From positions 3,616,001 to 3,680,000 of the forward strand of contig OZ241917.1 of the NCBI GenBank assembly GCA_965203805.1: a DNA stretch of 64,000 bases. The letters run 5' to 3'. Made by a program: the position numbers and the translations under genes. The notes below the pieces were generated by a model. That model saw nothing but the letters and a program-made list of their open reading frames with translations, had not been told where the DNA came from and ran no database searches. Position 1 is the stretch's first letter, and each line of letters starts with the position of its first letter. Of this stretch, positions 30,997-39,995 are shown in pieces. Source of the stretch: Candidatus Latescibacterota bacterium. Lineage in GTDB: Bacteria > Latescibacterota > UBA2968 > GCA-2709665.

Positions 30997-32469
30997 CTAG
31001 TTGAAGGGAGAAGCGTTGTGCTGCACGAGCACCCGGTTCATGTCTACCTCAATCGTGACCATCGTCTGGAGCAGGCGCGCTTCGGGGCCTTCGCCGTCGT
31101 ACAGGTTGACCGGCGCGTAGATATCCATTGCGTAGCGCGGCGCCAGCGGAACGAACCCGGGGACGACAGGCAGGGTGCCTGGCCCGCCTTCGCTGATGTT
31201 GGGATTCTGGTCGATTTCCCGCAGCATCATCGGCAGCTTGATTCCGAGGTCGGCGAGTCTCCTGCCTTCCAGGAAGAGGATCTCCTGCCGCGCGAGCCAC
31301 AGCGAATGCCACAAGTCGGATGCTTCCGTCAGGGCCGTGACGCTGTCGGCGTCGAGTGATGTTCCGGAAATGTTGGGGATCGCGAGTCCGTCGCCCGGAC
31401 GCTCGAGTACCAGGCCGGCCCGGTAGGGGCTGTCGGAATCGGACCGCACGAGGATCTCGGCGTCGCGCGGACGCAAACTCAGGTCGGCGTTGCGGCGCTC
31501 GTCGATATCGTCGAAGGAGACGGTGCCACGGGTTCCGGCAAGGCGTATGGCGCTGGCCAGTTGGCGCTTCGCCCCCGCGAGATCCCCCGATGCCAGCGCG
31601 ACCTCAGCCAGGATCAGGTGCATTTCCTCGGCCTTGGCGACGGGTATTGCCGACGCGCGATCCGTGTACTTGGGGTCCAGGAAGTCGAGCCGGGGCAACG
31701 GCTGCATCTCCTGCAACGCCCTCAGCACCAGGAAATCCACCGGCCTGTTGGTGATCGAACTCCCGTCGTATGGAGGCGCGAAGAGGAACTCCGAGTCGGC
31801 GGAAAGCACAGCGTTGGCTGCTGCCGTCGCTCCTCCCCTGTCACCCTGCAAACGGTAGGCGCGCGCAAGCGCCGCGTTTGCCTGCGGTCCGAACCCCACC
31901 GCCGCCTGCAGGTCGGTCACGGCCCGGCCAAGCGCAACGTCGGAGGGTTGCGGAGTACCGTCCTTCTCAAGCGGCACGAAGGAGAAGATCTCGCCCATGG
32001 TCAGGTAGGCCATTCCCCGGTAGTAGCGGGCCTCGGCCACCAGTTCCGCCGGCGCCCCTGCTTCGTTCGGCGCGATCTCGTCGATTACGAAATCGGCCAG
32101 CGCCCGTAGCTCCTGGACGTTCCAGTACACCCCGGTGGCGCTCGTCCCCGTCGAGTTCATTATGTCCGGGGTGATCTCGTTGGGGGCGTCCAGGGTCTGG
32201 ATGAGCCCCGTGCCATGGATCGAATAGTTGTCGGTCACGACCTCGGCGACGACGTAAGCGTTGACGAGGCGGGCGAACTGCGCCCTGAGCCCGGGCAGGA
32301 GCGCCTCGGTCGTGTTGGTGGCCTGCGCCAGGTCCTCGTGGGTGGTGGTCGGATTATTCACCCGGGTGGGATTTATGGCGTCACAGCCACCGGCCACAAG
32401 GACGCCGAGAAGCATCACGGCCATGGTCGGCAGTCCCCGTCTCAGGATCGAAACGTTCATGTTCATCAT
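30997..32469 (-). CDS. SusD/RagB-like outer-membrane lipoprotein
   Basis: Lipobox VAGG-C; EARYYRGMAY, AEEMHLILAEV, RQEILFLEGRRL.D; lies downstream of susC. Confidence 0.85.
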   Translation of the reverse strand: MMNMNVSILRRGLPTMAVMLLGVLVAGGCDAINPTRVNNPTTTHEDLAQATNTTEALLPGLRAQFARLVNAYVVAEVVTDNYSIHGTGLIQTLDAPNEITPDIMNSTGTSATGVYWNVQELRALADFVIDEIAPNEAGAPAELVAEARYYRGMAYLTMGEIFSFVPLEKDGTPQPSDVALGRAVTDLQAAVGFGPQANAALARAYRLQGDRGGATAAANAVLSADSEFLFAPPYDGSSITNRPVDFLVLRALQEMQPLPRLDFLDPKYTDRASAIPVAKAEEMHLILAEVALASGDLAGAKRQLASAIRLAGTRGTVSFDDIDERRNADLSLRPRDAEILVRSDSDSPYRAGLVLERPGDGLAIPNISGTSLDADSVTALTEASDLWHSLWLARQEILFLEGRRLADLGIKLPMMLREIDQNPNISEGGPGTLPVVPGFVPLAPRYAMDIYAPVNLYDGEGPEARLLQTMVTIEVDMNRVLVQHNASPFN

Positions 32470-32502
32470 GCTGTCTGTTCTCCGTTGGACGCAGGCCATC
32501 AG

Positions 32503-32693
32503 CCTTAATGCGACAGATTCAGCAACGCGGCGTCGCGACAAGACCCTTCGAATTGGGCCGAAAAGGTCTTCCGGAAGGACAATTTTTCCGTTCACGTCCA
32601 GTGACCTGAAGGATCATAGAAATCAGCAGTTAAATCGCCTTTATTCACTTGCACATTTTCGAATTAACGTCCCCGAATAATGACGAATCAAGG
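32503..32693 (-). mobile_element. 191-bp MITE-like element, copy 2
   Basis: Reverse complement matches 23093-23283 without gaps (157/191 by hand count). Flanks are CTAA and CTGA; the TAA is the susC stop. Confidence 0.85.
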
Positions 32694-35675
32694 TTAGAAG
32701 ACCACCTCGACACCGAGCTTGAACTGCCGGTTCGGCGAGAGTGTCGTACTGGTCTCGCCTCCCAGCTGCAGTCCGCCGCCGGAAAGCCCGTTGAGTTCGC
32801 CGTCGACGATCCCGTTGCGGGACCATATCCACAGGTTGCGGCCACTCGCGAGCAGCGAAGCACGGCCGGCGCTGATGCTCCCGGCAACTGCCTCCGGCAG
32901 CGCATACCGCACCGCGACCTCCCTGAGCTTGAAGAAGTCACCGTCGTAGAGGAAGGCGCTCCGCGCGGCGTTCTGGCTGTACTTGCCCATCGCGGAGCCG
33001 TTCTCGTCGTACCGGATCGGGAAGGCGTATTCGCAGCCGTCGTCGGCGCCCTCTTCCATCCCGCAGCGTACGCGCTCACGACGGTAGATGCCGTTGAAAG
33101 TTGCCCAGACCGAACCCCAGTCGAACACCTGATGACCACCGGCCCAGTCGGCCAACGCACTGATCGTCAGATTGTTGCCGATCGCGATCGTGCTGTTGAA
33201 GCTTCCGCTCTTGTCCGGAACCGGAAATCCGCCGGTGAACCGGCGCTCGGAGCCGTCCGGCAAGCCGTCGCCATTGGTGTCTACCGGCATGGTCACCCAC
33301 CATGCGCCGACTGGACCTCCGCGGCAATCCCCGTCTACCATCCTCCAGCAGCCGGTCACACGTTTCTGGGAACCGTCCGCGCCGAAGTCCGCCACGCCGC
33401 CCATGTCGGTGACTTCATTGTGAGTGTAGCGGAACGTTCCACCCAGGCGCCAGGCCAGTTGCCTGGTGTTCAGAATGTCCACGTTGGCGCTTAGTTCAAC
33501 CCCGCGGTTCAGGATCTCACCCACGTTCTCCTGCTGGGTGCCCTGCCCGGTAACCGGCTGGCGGGGCACCTGGAACAGCGCGTCGGTGGTGCGGGCGTCG
33601 TATACCGTCAGGTCGATCCCGACCCGGTTGTTCCAGAGTGCGGCGTCGATTCCGGCCTCGATCGTGGAAGTCTTCTCCGGGCGAAGTTCAGCGTTGCCCG
33701 GGTTGGCAAACCTCGGGGCCGACTCCCCGCGGAAGGAGATGGCCGAGAAGGTCCGGTCCTTCAGAAAGGCACCCGGGAACCGGCCGGTCTGCCCGTAGGC
33801 GGTCCGGAGCTTGAGTTCGTCCACGAAAGGAAGGCTGACGTCGTCCGAGAGGATGTACGACCCGGTGGCCTTGGGATAGAGTTCCGTGTCGATATTGTCT
33901 CCGAAGCTGGAGCCGGCGTCGATGCGGAACCCGCCTCCGAGGTAGAGCTTGTTCCAGAAGCTGAGTTGTTCGTCCACGTACAACCCGCCGTTGAACACCT
34001 CGATGTTGATCTCGAAGGCGGTAATCTCGGCCGCCGCGTCGAAGTCGAAGGAACCTGGGAGGGCGAAGCCCAGCCCGTTGCCGTTGATGATACTCTCGTC
34101 TTTGCGAAAGCCCTGCACGCCCACGGTGAGCGAGGACCCGATGCTCCCGCCCGGGTTCTCCCACGCGTAGGTCGCGCCCGCGTCGAGCGACACCGAGGTG
34201 AAGGAGCGGTCCCGCCGGTTGAGTTGTCCGGTGGGTTCGCCCGGCGTGAAGCCGATCGGTTGGTAGATCCGCTGCTGGTTGCTCCGGTTGTCGCTGCCCA
34301 CCGTAAGCCTGGCGGTCAGGTCGTCGCGGATGTTCCAGCGGGCGCCAACGGAGAAAATGAACCTGTCGACCCATTCGTCGATGTCGGGCATCAGGAAGAT
34401 TTCGTGCGCCTCCTGGAGGGTGGCGGCTCTGGAAAAGAAGAGGGCGTCGCCGACCTCGAAGGTGGTGATGGGATCCGCGATGGAGGAACCGTTGTAGAGC
34501 CGCTGAAAGTTGTGGCGGACGTAGCTGCCCGAGAACTCCAGGGTGAAATCCTCGCGGACGGACGCCTGCAGGCCGCCCCGCAGGTTGTAGTTGGTGCTGG
34601 CATCCTTGGGCTGGCTGCCGGTGCGGTCCGCGAGGCGGCCGCTGACGCTGTACGTCACGTTGGCGGTGCCTCCGTTGACGCCGAGGTAGTAGCTCTGGGT
34701 CCGACCGTTCCTGAAGTGCTGATCTTCCAGGAAGGTGGCCGTGACCTCCCCGGACTCGACCCGGTCCGGGAAGATCACGCCGGTATCGAAGATGTACTTG
34801 AGTTCCGGCACCTCGATGCCCTGCTCTACGCGGGCCGTAATGCGCGGCGCCCCGGGGGTGCCCTTCCTGGTGAAGATCTGGATTACCCCGGTTGCGGCGT
34901 CGGAACCGTACAGAGTGGAGGCGGCGCCGCCCTTGGTGATCTCGATGCGATCGATGTCGCTGGTGAGCAGGTCGGCGAGCGCGGAGGACTGCTCGCCCCC
35001 GGTGCCCGCGGCGGTCGACTGGTCGTTGTCGACGCGCACCCCGTCCACGTAAATGATCGGGGTCTGGGCGCCGAACACCGAGGAAATTCCCCGGAAGTTG
35101 ATCAGCGAGCCGGTGCCCGGCTGCGCCGAGGTGGCGTTGACGGTCGCGCCCGCGACGCGGCCTTGAATCAGCTGGTCGACGGACTGGACTGGCGCCAACG
35201 CGATGTCTTCGGTTGAAAGTACATCGACCGACGCGCCCAGGGCGCGCCGCGCGGTTTCGGCCCCCACACCGGTCACGACGATTACGTCGAGCGCGATCGC
35301 CGTTGGCGACATCTCGAATTCGATGTTGTGTGTCTCCCCGCCACCGACGGTCACGGTCTGATAGGCTTCACTGTACCCAATATACGTCGCGCGCACGGCC
35401 TGTTCGCCGACGGGAACATTGAGAAGCGTGAAACGGCCTGCTGCGTTGGTGAGTTGGCCGATTCCGGTACCCGTTATGAGGACCCGTGCATCGGCGAGGG
35501 GACGCCCGGATGAGGCGTCCAGGATCTGGCCCGTGATTACGCCGGTCCGACTTTCGGCCGTCGCCGGGGCCCAGCCTGCGATCGCCACCAGCACGGTCAA
35601 GGCGGCAATCGCAACACCCCTGAGTAGCGACTGACTGTGGATGATTCCCCCTTTGCGGCGCGCTCGTCCGTCCAC
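32694..35675 (-). CDS. SusC/RagA-like TonB-dependent receptor
   Basis: Signal peptide, carboxypeptidase-regulatory-like N-domain, plug motif IDRIEITKGGAASTLYGSDAATGVIQIFTRKG, LRPEKT, C-terminal Phe. Confidence 0.93.
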   Translation of the reverse strand: MDGRARRKGGIIHSQSLLRGVAIAALTVLVAIAGWAPATAESRTGVITGQILDASSGRPLADARVLITGTGIGQLTNAAGRFTLLNVPVGEQAVRATYIGYSEAYQTVTVGGGETHNIEFEMSPTAIALDVIVVTGVGAETARRALGASVDVLSTEDIALAPVQSVDQLIQGRVAGATVNATSAQPGTGSLINFRGISSVFGAQTPIIYVDGVRVDNDQSTAAGTGGEQSSALADLLTSDIDRIEITKGGAASTLYGSDAATGVIQIFTRKGTPGAPRITARVEQGIEVPELKYIFDTGVIFPDRVESGEVTATFLEDQHFRNGRTQSYYLGVNGGTANVTYSVSGRLADRTGSQPKDASTNYNLRGGLQASVREDFTLEFSGSYVRHNFQRLYNGSSIADPITTFEVGDALFFSRAATLQEAHEIFLMPDIDEWVDRFIFSVGARWNIRDDLTARLTVGSDNRSNQQRIYQPIGFTPGEPTGQLNRRDRSFTSVSLDAGATYAWENPGGSIGSSLTVGVQGFRKDESIINGNGLGFALPGSFDFDAAAEITAFEINIEVFNGGLYVDEQLSFWNKLYLGGGFRIDAGSSFGDNIDTELYPKATGSYILSDDVSLPFVDELKLRTAYGQTGRFPGAFLKDRTFSAISFRGESAPRFANPGNAELRPEKTSTIEAGIDAALWNNRVGIDLTVYDARTTDALFQVPRQPVTGQGTQQENVGEILNRGVELSANVDILNTRQLAWRLGGTFRYTHNEVTDMGGVADFGADGSQKRVTGCWRMVDGDCRGGPVGAWWVTMPVDTNGDGLPDGSERRFTGGFPVPDKSGSFNSTIAIGNNLTISALADWAGGHQVFDWGSVWATFNGIYRRERVRCGMEEGADDGCEYAFPIRYDENGSAMGKYSQNAARSAFLYDGDFFKLREVAVRYALPEAVAGSISAGRASLLASGRNLWIWSRNGIVDGELNGLSGGGLQLGGETSTTLSPNRQFKLGVEVVF

Positions 35676-35677
35676 GG

Positions 35678-37534
35678 TTATCCTCCCGGTCTGTAGGATC
35701 CAAAAGCGGAACGCAGCCTGTCCGATATCTCGCCGACCGTCGCACCGGCCAACCCTGCCGCCACGACCGCTTCCGTAATCGACCCCGCGCCCCGCGCCCG
35801 CCGTTCGATTTTGTCCAGCGCAGCCTGCGCGGCGTCGGAATCCCGCAGGCCCCGCGACCGCCTCAGGTCAAGCTTCTGCCTGTGTTCCGAGTCCTGTGTG
35901 GGCTGGAACGTCGAAACCGGCGTTTCCGGGTCTCCCTGAAACCGGTTCACCCCCACCACGACGGTCTCGCCGGACTCGATCTTCTTTTGCGCATCGTATG
36001 CCGAGTCCGCGATACAGGCCGCCGTAAAGCCGTTTGCGGCCGCCTCCCCGGCTCCCCCCTCCCGATCGACCGCTTCCAGTACGGCCAGGGCTTCCTCCTC
36101 CAGCGCATCGGTCATTTTTTCAACCGCGTACGACCCTCCCATGGGATCTACGGTATCCGGGATGCCGCTTTCGTAGGCCAGGATCTGCTGGGTACGTACC
36201 GCCAGCTGCGCCCCCGTGTCCGACGGCAGGCCCAACGCTTCATCGTACGCGTTGACGTGCAATGACTGGGCGCCGCCCAGAACGGCGGCCAGCGCCTGCA
36301 GCGTGGTCCGTGCGCAGTTGTTCATCGGCTGCTGGGCCGTGAGGGTCGAGCCCGCGGTCTGGGCATGGAATCTCAGGCGCCTGCAGCGCGGGTCATTCAC
36401 GCCAAGGCGTTCCCGGACGAGGCGGCTCCAGAGTCGCCGCGCGGCGCGGAATTTGGCGATTTCCTCCAGAAAATTGTTGTGAACGCCGTAAAAGAAGGAA
36501 AATTTCGGGAGGAACCGCTCCGGCTCGAGGCCTGCCGCGGTGGCGGCGTCGGCATACGACAGGGCGTGGGCGACCGTAAAGCCAAGCTCCTGTGCGGCGG
36601 TTGCGCCGGCCTCCCGCATGTGGTAACCGCTGACGCTGATTGGGTTCCACTTTGGCGCCTCCCTGAGACAATAGTCCATCAGATCCACCACCAGGCGCAT
36701 CGAGTCGGCAATCGGGAAGACATATGTTCCACGTGAAACATATTCCTTGAGAATATCATTCTGGACCGTGCCGGTAAGCGCCCGCGAAGGCAGTCCGCGT
36801 TTCTTTCCGAGGCCCGCGTAGAACGCGAACAGGATGCAGGCTGTCGCGTTGATCGTCATGGATGTGCTGATGCGGTCCAGCGGGATTCCATCGAACAGGG
36901 TATCCAGGTCCCAGAGCCCGTCTACCGCCACGCCCACCCTGCCAACCTCGCCGCCCGCGTTTGGATGGTCCGAGTCGTACCCCATCTGTGTGGGCAGGTC
37001 GAACGCCACGCTCAAGCCGGTCTGGCCCCGGGCAAGCAGATCGCGAAACCGGGCATTGGTCTCCGCGGGAGTGGAAAATCCCGCGTACTGGCGGAAGGTC
37101 CAGAGGCGGCCGCGATACATGGAGGGATAGGCGCCGCGGGTGAACGGGGGTTCGCCCGGGCGTCCGATCCGGTCCGGAGCGTCGCGGCCGCCTCCGTCTC
37201 CGCTGCCCCGTGCCCCCGTGGGATTTCCTTCGCTATCGACGCCGCCGTCGCACCTCGCCGCGCTTTCGGCGGGGTCGGCAAGCACTCCTGCCATCCGGTC
37301 GAACAGGCGCCTGGCCTCTGCCGAGGCGGCGCGCTGCCTGTAGGCCTGTAACAGCAGGGTTCCGGAGTCCAGGCCAAGGGCGGCCGCCAGGTCCAGGCAT
37401 CGCTTGTCTGAAGGAATTCGCTTTCCGCTCTCGATCTGTCCGATATAGGTGCCCCAGACGCCGATCCTTTCACCCAGCCCCTGCTGGCTGAACCGGCCCT
37501 GGCGAGCCTTCCTGATCAAATCGCCGAAAACCAT
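35678..37534 (-). CDS. Methylmalonyl-CoA mutase substrate-binding subunit fused to an N-terminal XRE-type HTH
   Basis: Mutase motifs PFTRG.YPSMY, RQYAGF, GLSVAFDLPT, GTVQNDILKEY, SGYHMREAG, GGAQSLH. N-terminus FGDLIRKAR...SQQGLGERIGV...YIGQIESGKRIPS. No DxHxxG B12-binding domain. GGAGG RBS before ATG 37534. Confidence 0.9.
   Translation of the reverse strand: MVFGDLIRKARQGRFSQQGLGERIGVWGTYIGQIESGKRIPSDKRCLDLAAALGLDSGTLLLQAYRQRAASAEARRLFDRMAGVLADPAESAARCDGGVDSEGNPTGARGSGDGGGRDAPDRIGRPGEPPFTRGAYPSMYRGRLWTFRQYAGFSTPAETNARFRDLLARGQTGLSVAFDLPTQMGYDSDHPNAGGEVGRVGVAVDGLWDLDTLFDGIPLDRISTSMTINATACILFAFYAGLGKKRGLPSRALTGTVQNDILKEYVSRGTYVFPIADSMRLVVDLMDYCLREAPKWNPISVSGYHMREAGATAAQELGFTVAHALSYADAATAAGLEPERFLPKFSFFYGVHNNFLEEIAKFRAARRLWSRLVRERLGVNDPRCRRLRFHAQTAGSTLTAQQPMNNCARTTLQALAAVLGGAQSLHVNAYDEALGLPSDTGAQLAVRTQQILAYESGIPDTVDPMGGSYAVEKMTDALEEEALAVLEAVDREGGAGEAAANGFTAACIADSAYDAQKKIESGETVVVGVNRFQGDPETPVSTFQPTQDSEHRQKLDLRRSRGLRDSDAAQAALDKIERRARGAGSITEAVVAAGLAGATVGEISDRLRSAFGSYRPGG
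36725..36740. promoter_or_regulatory. parS: parS site inside the mutase coding sequence
   Basis: TGTTCCACGTGAAACA, with the palindrome extended by ATA...TAT. Confidence 0.88.
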
Positions 37535-37670
37535 CGCCGAAGCCTCCATTCGGGAATCGCGGCACCGGATAATGCGAACGCGACGCCGGGACCGGGTAAA
37601 CACACGCTTGTGTGTGTGCAGATCAAGTATAAAATACTGTTTTTAAATACGTTTATAAAACCTGAAACCG

Positions 37671-38105
37671 GTGAGACGTGAGACGCAAGACGGTAGATGA
37701 CGTCCTTGCACGATTGGTCATTGCTCTATGCCGCTGGTATGAAATGAAACCGCACAGGGCAGGCAATCTCTCACGTCTTACGTCTCCCCGCTCTTCAGGC
37801 ACTCACAGTATCTCACGTCTCACGTCTACCCTCTCACCGCCCTTAGGGAATTTGAGGAGATGTGGACGTTGAGTTTTATTCTTGGTTTTGATTCTAACTG
37901 ACGGCTGAATTCTGGTTTGTTGGGGCCTGCCTGCAGCGCCTGTCTGCGTGCGTACACGCACAGGCAGGCAGTACGCTACGCAGGCAGGCAACCCTTGTGG
38001 TTGCCCGCCTTTCGCGTGTTTCCGGGTTTCCTTTGTGTCTTTGTGTCTCCGTGTGAGCAGATTTTCGCTTCAAGCCGACTGCTGAACGCCGATGGCTGAA
38101 AGCTG
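37671..38105. repeat. Compound repeat region: heptamer-bounded element copy 2, GGGAATTTG unit, nested CCTGCCTG palindrome, CTTTGTGT short repeats, GCTGA heptamers
   Basis: Each unit recurs elsewhere in the window (29591, 39731, 5208, 39908, 44920). Confidence 0.8.
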
Positions 38106-38109
38106 CCTT

Positions 38110-38967
38110 TCAACCCGAAACGACCGTATTCTCGAGCCGGCCGATGCCGTCGACTTCGCACACGACGCTGTCGCCAGCCTTGAGCCAGAGTTGCGGCTCC
38201 CGGGCCATTCCGACGCCCGGCGGCGTGCCCGTAAATATCAGGTCTCCCGGCTGGAGGGTGACAACCCGGGACAGGTAGGCGATCAGCTGGTCGACCTTGA
38301 AAATCAGTTGCGCGGTATTCGAGTCCTGTACGGTCTCGCCGTTCAGAATACAGCGAATATCCAGGTTATGGGGATCGCCCGCCTCGTCGGGGGTGACAAG
38401 TTCCGGGCCCAGCGGCGCGAAGGTCTCGAAGGTTTTGCCCAGCAGCCATTGGCCGCCGGGTTTTTCCAACTGAAAGTCCCGCGCGCTCACGTCGTGGCCC
38501 ACCGTATAGCCCGCGACGTGGCGCATCGCATCGGATTCGGGGATATCCTTTCCCGCCGTTCCGATGACAACAACCAGTTCGACCTCATAGTCGATGGAAC
38601 TGCTGATCGACGGCAGGCGGATCGCGTCGCCGGGTCCGATGATGGTGGAAGAGAACTTGGAAAACACCACGGGCTCGGATGGAATGGGCATATTGCTTTC
38701 CGCAGCATGGTCCGCGTAGTTCAGGCCGATGCAGAGGATCTTTTCCGGGTTCTGGATGGGCGCCACCACGCGGACGGCGCCGGTGTCGATGCCCTCGCCC
38801 CGCGCTGCCGCCGCTCCCGCCGCGGCCAGAGCGGCCGGCCCCGCCTCCAGCAGACCGACCATGTCCGACGGAATGCCGGGATCGACGCGGCTCACGTCCA
38901 CGATCGTGTCTCCCGACCGGACGCCCACGCGTCGCGATCCCTGGTGTTCGAAAGTGAGCAATCTCAT
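38110..38967 (-). CDS. Fumarylacetoacetate hydrolase family protein
   Basis: KILCIGLNYADH, IDYEVEL, HDVSARD, GKTFETFAPLGP, TGTPPGVG. Confidence 0.95.
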   Translation of the reverse strand: MRLLTFEHQGSRRVGVRSGDTIVDVSRVDPGIPSDMVGLLEAGPAALAAAGAAAARGEGIDTGAVRVVAPIQNPEKILCIGLNYADHAAESNMPIPSEPVVFSKFSSTIIGPGDAIRLPSISSSIDYEVELVVVIGTAGKDIPESDAMRHVAGYTVGHDVSARDFQLEKPGGQWLLGKTFETFAPLGPELVTPDEAGDPHNLDIRCILNGETVQDSNTAQLIFKVDQLIAYLSRVVTLQPGDLIFTGTPPGVGMAREPQLWLKAGDSVVCEVDGIGRLENTVVSG

Positions 38968-39021
38968 ATGAAGGTTACCTTTCCTGAACGGGATGACGTT
39001 GTCCTGCGGAACAGGGCGCGA

Positions 39022-39050
39022 AGGATAACATGCGGGCCGAAACCTGTCAA
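39022..39050 (-). promoter_or_regulatory. sigma70-type promoter of the FAH gene
   Basis: TTGACA-17 bp-TATCCT with extended TG. Confidence 0.7.
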
Positions 39051-39130
39051 GGGATAACCGTCCGTTGGTAAAGTCCATGCGGGCTGACAGGCACGATGAG
39101 ACGGGCCGCATGCGGGTTCCGAACGATGAG

Positions 39131-39280
39131 TAATCCACGATGTTGAAAACTCGATCAAAATCGATGTGGAGAATTTAGCTATTGTTTTTATGTTGGTTAA
39201 ATGAAGCAATCCACAGAATTCCACCACCAATGGCTGAAGTCTGTGGAAAACATGTGGAAGAGTCCGGAGGCACTTCCACA
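39131..39280. promoter_or_regulatory. Cluster of DnaA-box-like 9-mers outside oriC
   Basis: taatccacg, tgttgaaaa, tgtggagaa, caatccaca, aattccacc, tgtggaaaa, tgtggaaga and acttccaca within 150 bp. Confidence 0.6.
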
Positions 39281-39289
39281 TGCGGTAAG

Positions 39290-39995
39290 AGGGTAGGCGT
39301 GAGACGGTAGAGGATAACGTTACCACAGTGTTTTCACGCTAACCGTGCCTGTTTCTCTACCGTTATCGTAACGACAAGAAAATCCATCGTGCACTCATAT
39401 CGTCTCCCGTCTCCCCGCCTTTAGGGACCTACCCCCTAACCCCCTTCCTGAGAGGAAGGGGGAACGGTGACGGATCGATGGACTAGGCATGCAAATGTGC
39501 CGGGTGGCGATTCGCTGTCAATCAGAGTATCTATAGATGACCGGCCCGCGGCGCCTGGTCTTACTCCCCCTCTCCCCGCGGGAGAGGGGGCCTGCCTGCC
39601 GGTGGTTTTTCGGCAGGCAGGGGGGAGAGGTCTGCGCGCCGATCGCCGGAAGATTTCGTCCGGCCATATCAGTGCCCCGTGGCCGCAGGTTATCATCTCC
39701 CGTCTACCGTCTCCCCTCTCACCGCCTTCAGGGAATTTGGGGAAAAGGGGATTTTGAATTAGGTTTTCGCTTTTGCTTCAAGCTGACGGCTGAATGCTGA
39801 CCGCTGATTGCTGCTTTTCGACGGCAGGGAATTTGGGGAGACGTGGAAGTTGAAGTTGATTTTCGGCTTTGATCCTTACTGACAGCTGTCGGTTGACTGC
39901 TCTGTTTCTCTTTGTGTCTTGGTGTCTTTGTGTGAGCTGATTGCCGTTTTTGATCTTTGCTGACGGCTGACTGCTGACTGCTGAGAGCTGGTTTC
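39290..39995. repeat. Compound repeat region: REP-like doublet, heptamer arrays, two GGGAATTTGGGGA units
   Basis: Units are shared with 37671-38105 and 44400-45035. Confidence 0.75.
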
